Below are positions 41,001 through 50,850 of a DNA stretch of 64,000 nucleotides, in pieces; position 1 is the first letter of the stretch, and every line of letters starts with the position of its first letter. A model generated the notes under the pieces. It made no database searches, was not told the origin of the DNA, and saw nothing but the letters and a program-made list of their open reading frames with translations. The stretch is from the NCBI GenBank assembly GCA_951406725.2, contig OX597828.1, positions 1,302,001 through 1,366,000 on the forward strand. Direction: 5' to 3'. A program made the translations under genes and the position numbers. The stretch comes from Octopus vulgaris. Its lineage: Eukaryota.

Positions 41001-44000
41001 TATAATTTTTTCTGTCATCAATGCTTTAATTTCTTCTCAGAAGAGTTTTCAATTATCATGTTTTGTACTTGAATGAATCTTCTCTAAATGTCTTAAGTTT
41101 AAGTATATATTTTCAAGCCAGTTAATGTTACACCTAGTTTCTTTACCTCTTTCGTAGTTTAACAACTCATTTCCTTATCATTGATTCTATTAATACTAAA
41201 ATTCATTTTCTTTTTGAAATCTCAATCTGATGCAGATAAAGTCGAAAAGAAATTTCATTTCTGAGGTAAGTTGAATTTTATTGCTTAAAAATATATTCAA
41301 TCAGTTGCTTTTATTGCAGTGAAATTAGATGCAAAATAATAAACATGGCAAATAGATTTAGTCAAATAAGAATAAAGAAGTTAGCATGCTCCTTTGGATG
41401 TGTAATCTCACTGTACATGAACACAAAGTACAAATATGTTGGGGAAAAAAATTGGACATAGAAGAATCAGATACAGTGTGCTGTTGCACACTACATCTTC
41501 TTGTACAGATATGTGATGCATATGGATGAGGACAGCCTTATAAAAAAGTACTCATTACTTAATGAGCTTGCAGAAAATGTGATGAAATAGTGAAGGCTGA
41601 TCTCAGGACTTTGAATTTCGTGCAGATAACAAAACAACCATGGTGATCTGCCCATCTCTGCAAAATGGAGATGCTGGAAGATTAATGTGTATATTACACA
41701 GTTGGGCTACTTACTCAATTTCCTTGTGAACATATGTATAAAATCTTTTGGGAAGGCAATTGTGATGGAGTAGGGTATCATCATCATCATTATTTTACAT
41801 GTATTGTCCATGCTAGCATGGGTTGGACCATTTGATCAGGGCTGGAGAGCTGCACCAGGCACCAGTCTGATTTGATTTCCATGGCTGGATGCCTTTCCTA
41901 ACACCAACCACTTTATATAGCACCTCGTGAGCGCTTTTATGTGGTACGGCACAAGTGCTTTTTACATGGTACCAGCATGGGATTCTTGTAGGCCAATTCT
42001 CTTCACCAGGGTCAACAACCTTAACACTTCTACTATAGAGTACGGGTTCTTCTTGAGTACAGCAAGGTGGCAAATACACATTTACATGCACATATACAAA
42101 TACATAATTACAAATATATGCATAAATGCAAACAGTCATACACATAAATATTTTCATACTAACATGTAGACAGAAACAAAACACATAACCATGGTTGTGT
42201 GGTAAGAAGTTTGTTTTGCAACTACATGGTTTTGGGTTCAGTCCCACTGTGTGATACATGGGGCAAAAGTTTTCTACCATAGTCTCAGGTAGAGTGGACC
42301 TGGTAGATCAGAAACCTACATGTGTGTGCATGCATGTGCTACTGTCTTGTTGCCTTGACATCGAGCAATATATGTAAATGAGTGTGATCATCATGTAAGT
42401 ACTCTCCTTCATTTATAGTATTCCATGAAAACATGTCTGGCCATGTGGAAATATTCCTTTACTTGGAAATAGGTTAAGGCTGATGACAAGAAAAGGCATC
42501 AACTAATTGTCTGAACCATGGGAGACGTCAGTGTTAAAGCATATGTATATACATACATGCGCATACGCTCACAACCACACACACACACATACATGTTCTT
42601 CATAATTTTATGTCTCCTTTCTATATTGGCTTAGATTAAACAAGTTATAGCTGAATCTCTTTCTTCGTGATACTCAGTCGTTTTGCTTTGATCTATTTTT
42701 TCATGTGTTTATAATCTTCAGATTTTTAATTCCTGTAACAATTTTTGTTTGAAAATATTTTCTTTGGTCCAAGTATTTTAAGCACTAATCACAATGTGTG
42801 ACCCTTGGTGGTGGTCAGGGTGTTGCAGTCACAATTGCAAGATCATGCTTTTGATTCCCAGATTGGTTGTGTGTTGTGTTCTTGAGCCAAGCACTTCATT
42901 TCATGCTGCTCTAGTCCACTCAACTGTAAATGAGTGAGCTTGTGATGGATTGGTGTTCAGGTTGAGATAGTGACTCAAAAAAATCATATGAATGGAGGTC
43001 TTATGAGTCATGTTTTGCATTCAGCAAAAAAACGAGATTTCACTCTACCTTTGGTATTCAGGTCTATTTTCTTTGGTTTGTTTTGCATATATGTTCTTTT
43101 GTGTGTGTGTTCATACATACACACAGAGAAAGAGGGGCTGAGAGAGGTGGAGACATGGGTGTGTGCTTAAGAAGTTTGTTTCCCACTCATATGGTCTCAG
43201 GTTCAATTCCATTGTATGGCACTTTGGAAAAGTGTTTTCTGCTTTATAAAGCCTTATGAATGGATTTGGTTGAGAGAAACTGAGAGAAGACCATTGAAGA
43301 CATGTATGTATGTGATGTGTCTTGACATCATACAAGCATTAAAACTCTTCTATGAAAATATGTCCAGCCAGGGGGCCAATACTACCTTGCATGCAAACAG
43401 ATGAGGGTTGGTGAAAGAAAAGGTATCTGACCCAGTGAATTCTCCCATGCTCATGTAAGCATGAGAAAGCAGATGTTAAAATAATTATGATGCATATATA
43501 AAGGCTATTTGTTTGTATAAATCTGCTGCAAATACCAACAGCTAATACGTGTATGTATGTATGTATGGATGGATGGATGGCGGCGGAGGGTCCTCATTAG
43601 GGATAAAATAATCCAAAAATTTCACTGGTTAATCACCATCATATAAAGAGAATGATTCAGCGATATGTTAGGGTTTATTATTGTAATACGTATTGTTAAT
43701 AATGATGAAAGGAAGGAAATGGAAAATTATGGATGTATAAATAATTTATTCATATGATATAATGAGGTTGAAAGATTTGTTTAAATATCAACACTTCATT
43801 TAACTGCTAAATAGTTCTAATCTAATTTACCTTAGCAAAAAAACAATCAATCATAAATACAAATATTGTCTTTTTTTGTCTTCATGTAATGTAATACGCT
43901 ATTTCTACATATAATGAAATGATCTCCAATTTACTTCCTTATTTATTTAGCTAATAATTAATAATTACAAACATATGCTACATTATAACAAATACCCAAT

Positions 44001-44819
44001 ATATGCTTCCATATATTCTACTAAATTTTATTTATTCTTTTTCCCCTTCACTCTCTCATTCAATTTTTCTTTTTAGTTGACCTGATCAATTCTAGATATT
44101 AAACTTAACATTACATAACTCTAACAACTGAACCTTTCTGATAAATGAAACTAAATTTAATAAATATATATTTTGAGTGTGTGTGAATATATGCATATGT
44201 GTGTATATGAGTAAGTACGTACGCATATATATGGAAGTACCATATTTTAATGTGTGTAAGGAACCCTTTTTTGTCAAAAATTAGGTTAAAAAAATAAGGG
44301 AGTTTCTTATACATATTAATAAATGACTTAATTCCTTGAACCTCAAATCTCCAAATTAGTGGGTTCCTATAATACATCTTATATATTGACAAATAAGTGT
44401 TCACATTTAAGGCTTTTAAGATACATATCATAACGGTTAGATTTTTCAAACTTTTGTCTATACCTGATTTTAAATATGACATAATATGATGTGAACACTA
44501 TGCATCCATAGATTTCCTGAACTGTATGGAAATTATTCATCTATAATGGTCAACTAATATTTTTTTACTATCTAACTTATCTTTCATTTATTTTATTATA
44601 TAATTCTCCCCTACCCAAATTCTTAGAATTACTATTCACCTTGGGGCATGAATCGAAACATATGTTGTCATTTGCCATTTCTTTTAGAGCTTTATAATTT
44701 ATTGGTATTGTTTTTATAAAAAAAAAAATCGTTCAGCCTCATTATATCATACAAATAAATTATTTATACATCCACAATACTCCATTTTCTTCCTTTCATC
44801 ATATATATATATATATATA

Positions 44820-44856
<37 letters not shown>

Positions 44857-46349
44857 AAGAGAGAGAGAGAGTTGTGTATATATGTATAGTAGGTACAAAC
44901 TTGGTTGTCTGATTAAGAAGTTTGCTAACCAACTACATGGGTTTGGGTTTTGTCCTACTGCATGACATCTTGAGCAAATATCCTCTACCAGCCAAAGCTG
45001 TTTGAGTAAATTTGATAGGTGGAACTGAAAGAAGCCCATTGGATGTGTTTGTGTGTATTTGTTTCTTTGTGATGACATTATACAACAGCTAGAAATGAAT
45101 ATCACTGTCGTATAAGCAGTATCCTTCATTTTCAGTCTTCTGTGAAAACATGTCCAGTCATGGAGAAATGTTACCTTGCTTGGAAACAGGTGAGGGTTGG
45201 CAACAAGCAGGGCATCATGCTATAGAAAATCTTCCTCAAATTCCATCTGATCTGTGTTGTGTATATAGTGGACATTGTGTGTGTGTGTAGGCACAGACTT
45301 GACTGTGTTAAGAAGCTTCCTCTCACCACATGGCATCTTGGGCAAGTATTGTCTACTAAATCCTTTAACCGGCCAATCCTAGTGAGTAGATTTGGTTGAT
45401 GAAAACTGAAAGAAGCCTGTTTCATATCATTTCAAGTCCCTTTTTCCATGTTGGCATAGGTTGGACTCTTTGACACGAACAGATGAGCAGAGGACTCTGT
45501 CAGGTTCTGTGTGTTTAAGCCCGGCGTCTTCAGCTGGATGCTCTTCCTAAATGTGAACCACTTAACAGAGTATACTAGTTTCTTTTTAGGTGGCACTAGC
45601 ACTGGTGAGGCCATGAAATACCCACAAGATTAAGACTCCTCAACTGAGCAGGGTATAGACTGGAGTAAGAAACTATGATAGAGGGAGATATGATAGCTGG
45701 TGTCTTTTTGAAGAGATGCATACATGGCTTGTTCACCTGGAAAATGAAAAGACAAAAAAATGAGGTGTGACGTCCAGGTACAATATGAATACGACACAGA
45801 ATAGTGTGACAGATGATTAGAGAAATGGAATGAGTTGGACACAAAGGATATGTTCTGTTTGGTGGGAAGTGAAGAGAACAGATGAATTGTGGAGGAAGGC
45901 TTGACAGCCTCAATTCTACTGAGGTGGATGTAAACAAATATCACTCTCATACAAGTGGTGTCATCTATTTCCAATTTGTAAAAACCTATCCAATGTTCAG
46001 GTGACTATTAGTCTTCTAAAGAGCATTATAAACATGTTGTCCATCGGTAGTCAGCTGGAAAAGCTGTTTTTCTGGGGCTAAAATAAGTAGTAACATCATC
46101 ATAATCAGGACTGCTGTGTTACTTCTCGCTCAGAGATTTTAAAACTAATTGTTTCCCTCATTATAAACATGATTATTGAGAATTGTACACTGTTCATGAA
46201 TGAGAGAATGAAATTACGCAATCTATAAATCTTTATTATTTTAACTGTTTTTTTTTTTTTTGTAGATAGATCATTTTTACGAACATGCCTGTGGGAAAAC
46301 GAAAGATCAAATTGAAATGACAGAATTAGCCAGAAGTTACACGAGATAA
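13275..46349 (+). CDS. Myb: 3R-Myb (B-Myb/MYBL2-like) transcription factor, 3' part: 11 coding exons, N-terminal DNA-binding repeats not in window
   Basis: Eleven GT-AG exons join in consistent phase. The protein has the Myb-family motifs STPPTILRR, TPIKNLPFSPSQFLN, PRTPTPFKNALA, KRARQSL and C-terminal ACGKTKDQIEMTELARSY, then TAA. Confidence 0.9.
13440..13573 (+). CDS. Myb: Myb exon B (SSDTSTCGEDVDSGLIDFNSLDL...NKK)
   Basis: Polypyrimidine tract + ttacag, gtaaaa donor, acidic region, phase-compatible on both sides. Confidence 0.8.
13778..14020. mobile_element. Fragment of the non-autonomous DNA element also at 60830-61210
   Basis: Shared ggatctttt...gtatactggtagaatgtg...catcttt sequence in the opposite orientation. 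Confidence 0.6.
15069..15202 (+). CDS. Myb: Myb exon C (DLRFDGRAIDKLKSPG...STPPTILRRGKHQKK)
   Basis: tagcag tandem acceptor (start 15069 or 15072), gtaatt donor, conserved STPPxILR motif. Confidence 0.85.
17314..17724 (+). CDS. Myb: Myb exon D (QSYSG...RTPSVTPIKNLPFSPSQ)
   Basis: tttcag acceptor, gttagt donor, 137 codons, conserved TPIKxLPFSPSQ. Confidence 0.92.
17770..18022 (-). mobile_element. Degenerate tRNA-SINE
   Basis: Minus-strand head ggcatgtggcctagtggataagg...B-box-like. Confidence 0.55.
18280..19590 (+). mobile_element. Old RTE LINE fragment (RT to C-terminus)
   Basis: Collinear degenerate similarity to 52570-53880. Confidence 0.8.
20865..20992 (+). CDS. Myb: Myb exon E (FLNSPDAFFNRKVISTPV...)
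   Basis: Completes the SPSQ/FLN motif; tcag acceptor, gtaagt donor. Confidence 0.9.
21315..21900 (-). mobile_element. RTE LINE 3' end, older subfamily with ~26-bp UTR repeats
   Basis: Tail motif and C-terminal coding similarity. Confidence 0.8.
22685..22904. mobile_element. TTAA-flanked piggyBac-like MITE
   Basis: ttaa-ccctttagcatt ... aatgctaaagag-ttaa; related inverted copy at ~56822-56990. Confidence 0.65.
23466..23592 (+). CDS. Myb: Myb exon F (…KPRTPTPFKNALAEVEKRNGPIKS), Cmyb_C / MuvB-binding region
   Basis: Hallmark PRTPTPFKNAL motif; tacag acceptor, gtaagc donor. Confidence 0.93.
25333..25535 (-). mobile_element. tRNA-SINE (Meta-domain-like) with 15-bp TSD
   Basis: tgagagggttaatat on both sides; B-box gttcaaattcc; tccatccttttggggtcaataaaataag core. 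Confidence 0.75.
25902..26021 (+). CDS. Myb: Myb exon G (NVEHLDELTEIIKEDTG...)
   Basis: Resembles the HLxEDxxEVIKxE segment of Myb proteins; phase 0/0. Confidence 0.85.
26555..30393 (-). mobile_element. Near full-length RTE LINE (APE endonuclease - RT - PHD insert), disrupted ORF
   Basis: LRVGTLNV/CCIQEVRW/SQIDYIL (APE); KAPGPSG, NYRGIKLL, QFGF, FVDMEKAFD, HQGS, YADD (RT); several frameshifts/stops; (GAT)n tail. Confidence 0.95.
32580..32681 (+). CDS. Myb: Myb exon H (VSEGSKRARQSLNAKW...SPETP)
   Basis: Strong acceptor ttcttctag, gtaagt donor, KxxRxSL motif. Confidence 0.85.
33230..35376 (-). mobile_element. RTE LINE internal fragment (with ~64-bp internal duplication at ~33960-34092)
   Basis: Same EN/RT motifs as 26555-30393. 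Confidence 0.93.
35595..36950 (+). mobile_element. RTE LINE 3' half, diverged
   Basis: RT, PHD, C-terminus, UTR and (TAATGA) tail. Confidence 0.88.
37027..37605 (+). mobile_element. RTE LINE 3' end with six ~26-bp UTR units
   Basis: C-terminal coding remnant, repeats 37290-37450, ggttggcattatgaagggcatccagc tail motif. Confidence 0.8.
37944..38618. repeat. 165-bp inverted repeat (37944-38108 / 38454-38618)
   Basis: Arms are reverse complements with ~6 mismatches. Confidence 0.95.
38325..38828 (+). mobile_element. CORE-type SINE split by the inverted duplication
   Basis: Head 38325-38453, body/tail 38627-38828 match 57613-57942. Confidence 0.75.
39659..39775 (+). CDS. Myb: Myb exon I (SKSLVSDDSLLLSP...KSPPL)
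   Basis: ttag acceptor, gtaagt donor, 39 open codons, phase 0/0. Confidence 0.8.
40021..40647 (+). mobile_element. Non-autonomous Helitron
   Basis: A|TC 5' end, 3' hairpin gacccg..cgggtc, CTAG|T end, no TSD. Confidence 0.8.
41236..41265 (+). CDS. Myb: Myb 30-nt micro-exon J (IKSKRNFISE)
   Basis: tgcag acceptor and consensus gag/gtaagt donor, frame-preserving. Confidence 0.6.
41777..42070 (-). mobile_element. RTE LINE 3' tail
   Basis: ccatgctagcatgggttggac...ggatgcctttcctaacaccaacc. Confidence 0.75.
42185..45425 (+). mobile_element. Cluster of CORE-SINE copies, several with RTE-like tails (~42185-42520, 43150-43470, 44891-45245, 45290-45425)
   Basis: Repeated tRNA-like heads; shared ...ttggaaacaggtgagggttgg...ggcatc tail. 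Confidence 0.7.
43575..44800 (+). mobile_element. Penelope-like remnant with inverted terminal segment
   Basis: ~75-bp inverted repeat 43703-43778 / 44726-44800; hammerhead half-motif attca..tgaat-cGAAAC-atat-GT at 44634-44670. Confidence 0.45.
46266..46349 (+). CDS. Myb: Myb terminal exon (IDHFYEHACGKTKDQIEMTELARSYTR*)
   Basis: Long T-tract + gtag acceptor; conserved C-terminal ACGKTxDQxxMTxxARxY; TAA. Confidence 0.9.
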   Translation: MDHFYEHACGKTKDQIEMTELARSYTR

Positions 46350-47290
46350 AGAGAAGAAAGAAAACTAAACACAAATCACATTTGTTGAAATTGAATGTAT
46401 CTGTGATGGCTGTGTAAACTAAAAAGGAAAAAAAACAAAATATACTTTGTAATTTAAGAAAGCTTCACACAGATTTTTTAATAAGTGTTATAGTATGAAT
46501 TTCCAAATTATTTTATTTTCATAAATGAAAAAGAGAAATAGGAATATTTAGCAAAGCAAAATTAATAAGTTGGTAATTATGGTTTTACCAAATTTCATAA
46601 TTTTGGTAAATATTTTTTAAACCTTGGTTTTGCATGTTGCCAAGTTTTCTAACAATGAACCTTTATGCTCTTAGCTCTTAGATTCATCAAGTTTAATCCA
46701 TTTTGCAATCCACTTTTGCATGGTATTTTCCTTTTTTTAAAGTATTAGTTAAAATTATGCTTATTTTTCATCTATATTGAAATGGCTTGCTAACTTTTGA
46801 GTAATTTTATTTTTCATTTTAGGAAGTTTTTCTGGTGCAAATTTTTAATTCAATATTTACAAAAAGAGCTAGTGCCACACTTTTATAAAATATACACAAA
46901 TATACAGATAAACATGCCTCTAGTATATATTGTGAACTGAAAATCTCTTGTGCATTTCAATTTCAAAATTTATTCAAAATTGTAAATATTTTATCACATT
47001 TTATGTAAAAATTACTTTTAATATCATGTTTATCTTACAAAACTATGAATTCTAGATTTAACATTTTAAGATAATTTTATAAATATTAAAATTGGTATAT
47101 TAAAATCAATTTTATGAATATTAAAATTGGAATATTAAAGTAATTTTAATCATCATTTAAATCACTTATTTTTATGAAATTATTTATAAAATGTAGAACC
47201 AAATATTTTTAAAATATTAAAATTTATAATGTGAGCCTGAATTATAACATATTTACCCAGTATGCTGATTAATGTTTTTGTCTTATTTAA

Positions 47291-47296
47291 AATAAA
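47291..47296 (+). terminator. Candidate Myb polyadenylation signal AATAAA
   Basis: AATAAA followed by a GT/T-rich tract at the end of a ~1 kb AT-rich 3' UTR. Confidence 0.45.
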
Positions 47297-47521
47297 TGGA
47301 AAATTACCATTAACAATGTGTGTGCTTGCTTATTTTCCTCTATTTGAAAAAAAAGAAAAAAATTCTTTTTTTTGTTTATGCCATTTCTATCCTTTCTGGT
47401 GAATAAAATGCCAGAACATACTGCCATTTTTCTATTTGAAGTGTTGTTTTCCTATATATCTCCTGTGAGTTAAAATCCAATTTTAAAAACCCAGAATTTA
47501 GATGGGTTTCATTAACAACTA

Positions 47522-49075
47522 CACTGGCGAAAATAAATTTAAGACCGATGATAAAAGTTCTATTTCTTACAAAAATATTTTGTTACTGACACCATACAAA
47601 TTATTTTTACCTTTTACACCTTATGCAGAATTTAATTTCTCTTTCGAATGATGCAGACAATTTTTATACAACTCGAAGAATTTTAATGCTAAATTAATAT
47701 AAACGTTTCAAATTTACCGGCAAAATTAGTTGAAGACCGTATCATTATAATTTTATTTAAAACATAAGATTGTGGCACAAATGAGCAACAAGAACGAAAT
47801 ACATATTAGTACTTTGTGCTGTGGCCTTTATTCTTGATAACGGCTGAAGAACGCCTTGGCATTGAATTCGCTAAGTGATTACAAAAATCCTAAGGGAATG
47901 TTTTGCCATATTTCATTGATATAATTGAATAATTATTTTACATTAGATGTCTTTTTAGCATGGACTTTTTTGGAAACATAATTCAGGTCCAGGCTCTGGG
48001 GAGGCCATTCGATTACCTCAATATTATGGTGATCAAATAATTCCATAACCTTTTTGGCTTTCTGCACAGGACTATTGGTGAGTCAAATATGGCACAACAT
48101 TATCCTTTAGTAGATTCATATAACCTACACTATTTAGCCTTCCATCAACTTTAACTAGAGGGCCAACACCAAAGCCACCCACGCCATCACACCTCCACCC
48201 CTGCTTGCGCTATCTTTTTCACGCATTTTGGATGGAATTCCTCAGTTGGGCGACGTTTGACGTATGTTTTACCATCTGATCCAAATATACAGAAGCGTGA
48301 CTCGTCACTCCAAAGGACCCTACACCAATCTTCAGTAGTCCATTGAGCATGGCTTTTTGCGAAATTAAGGCGTTTGAATCGATTTCTTTCGGATATTATT
48401 GGCTTTTTCCTAGCGATTCGTCCATGTAGTCCAAATTCTCTTAAACGGTTTGTGGTGTACAATAACACCATTCTCATTGGACAATTGTTTACAAATTTCA
48501 ATGTCTATCAGCATTCAGTTGCCTTCCGAAAGTCAGTGGATTTGACGGTCCAACTACACCGTCGTTTTTCTTGGGGGACCAGTCCTTTGCTGATCTTTAT
48601 ATTGATCAGTCTCTGAGTATAACTTCCACACTTGCATGCGAGCCGTTTTACTCCACTTGCTTGCTGATGTTCGCAAAGGAAACTTTTTGCTGGTGGAATA
48701 ATATGATTTTTGCTCTCGTTACCGGACTAAGGCTACGTTGTTTTCCTATTATTAATCAATTGTATAATAATGTTAAATTATAACACTATATAGTGCCTTT
48801 AGGCTCGTTGTGTGACCACCCATTTTGGCAAAAAAATTTGCACACATATTACATGGTCTTAAACTAATTTTGCCAGTAAATTTGAAATGTTTATATTAAT
48901 TTAGCATTAGAATTCTTCAAGTTGTATAAAAATAGTTATTGTCTGCATCATTTGAATGAGAAATAAATTCTGCATAAGGTGTAAAAGATAAAAATAATTT
49001 GTATGGTGTTAGTAACAAAATATTTTGTAAGAAATAGAACTTTTATCATCGGTCTTAAATCTATTTTCGCCACTG
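47522..49075 (-). mobile_element. Tc1-like transposon (IR/DR type), defective transposase
   Basis: ~220-bp TIRs, TA TSDs, GRIARKKP, VLWSDESRF, WPPQSLDLN motifs. Confidence 0.95.
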
Positions 49076-49702
49076 TATAACTTTTTTGTTAATTGGTGTA
49101 CTATTACTGTATTTGAAACATAGCAGAATTTTTTTTACATAAATACCTAAGATGAATTTTTACCCCAATGCTACTCTAATTACAAGTAAACACAGTGAAA
49201 TATAAGATTATTTAAATTGTGTATAAATACCATACAAAATTAGGCATTCGTTAATATTCAACTAAATAAGCTATTAAATAGGAATTATGTACATTATTGA
49301 ATTTTCAATTGAAGAAAATTGCATTTATATTTGGTTATTTAGTAAATAGAAACATTGTCAATGTGTTTTTCTATTATATACCAAATGAAAGTATTCACTA
49401 ATATAACTAAGCAGAATTTATCACTCACCTTATGGATAAATTAAACAAATTGAAGCAAAGTAAATTTGAAAATATAGTATTTTTAGAAAAAATTAAACAA
49501 CAAATTGTTTTAATTGATCATCCCCTGAGAATATTCCATTTTCTAATGTTGGCTTTCTCAGTCTGTCTTCTATTTATCTTTTTGAATTTTATGGTTATCA
49601 GCCAAATTCAAGGAGTTGTTCACTTTGCTTGAAAGTTTATTTTGGGGATAAAATAACCTGCCTCCAAATGTATTGCAAAAGTATACCATGATCTGGTATA
49701 GA

Positions 49703-50560
49703 ATCATCATCATTTAACGTCCGTTTTCCATGCTAGCATGGGTTGGACGGTTTTGACTGAAGGCTGGTAACCAGATGGCTGCACCAGGCTCCAGTCTTTG
49801 TCTGGCAGAGTTTCTACAGCTGGATGCCCTTCCTAAAGCCAACCACTCTGAGAGCGTAGTGGGTGCTTTTTACATGCCACCTGCACGGGGGCCAGTCAGG
49901 CGGTACTGGCAATGACCTCGCTCGAATCTTTTTACATGTGCCACCGACACAGGTGCCAGTGAAGCGACGTTGGTAATGATCACACTCGAATGGTGCCCTT
50001 TTACGTGCCACGGATACAGAAGCCAGTTGGCTCCTCTGGCAACGATCACGCTCGGATGGTGTTCTTGGCACCCTACTAGCACAGGCATAAGTGCCAGTAA
50101 GGCGACGCTGGTAACGATCATACACGAATAGCTGCCGCCCTGTCAACGCTCACACTCGTATGGTGCTCTTTGCACCCCGCTAGCACGGATGCCAGTCATC
50201 GAAATGATTTTGATTTCACTTGCCTCAACAGGTCTTCGCAAGCAAAGTTTAGTGACCAAAGAAGGAAAAGTTATGCATAAGTGGGCCGGTTATGCTCCTG
50301 GCATAGGCCACGGGTTATGGTTTCATCTGGCTTGCCGGGTCTTCTCGAGCACAGCATTTTCCCAAAGGTCTCGGTTGCTAGTCATTTCCTTGGTGAGGCT
50401 TAATGTTCGAAGGTCGTGCTTCACCACTTCATCCCAGGTCTACCTCTTCCACAGGTTCCCTCAACGGCTAGGGTGTGGAACTTTTTCACACAGGTATCCT
50501 CATCCATTCTCACCACATGACCGTACCAGTGCAGTCGTCTCTCTTGCACACCACATCTAA
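49703..50560 (-). mobile_element. RTE LINE 3' end with ~6 UTR units
   Basis: LHWYGHVVRM C-terminus, UTR array, (GAT)n tail. Confidence 0.9.
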
Positions 50561-50732
50561 GATTTAACCCTTTTAGTTTATCTCTATTCTGTTTTACTCT
50601 GTCTATTTCAGTTTCACGTCTCATGTTCAATATATAACTCTATGGTTCCTTCTTACTTATCGATGTCTAAGACAAATTTAGCTCACACATCTTCCCTAAA
50701 TCTGCAACATAAATCTTCTCTCAATAATGTCT

Positions 50733-50850
50733 CTTAATACCTACAACGAAGTATTCCTTCTCCAAGAGATGAGATGCGCCCCCTTCATGGCTTAATACCT
50801 ACAACGAAGTATTCCTTCTCCAAGAGATGAGATGCGCCCCCTTCATGGCT
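50733..50850. repeat. Perfect 58-bp tandem duplication
   Basis: cttaatacctacaacgaagt...cccttcatgg at 50733 and 50791. Confidence 0.95.
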
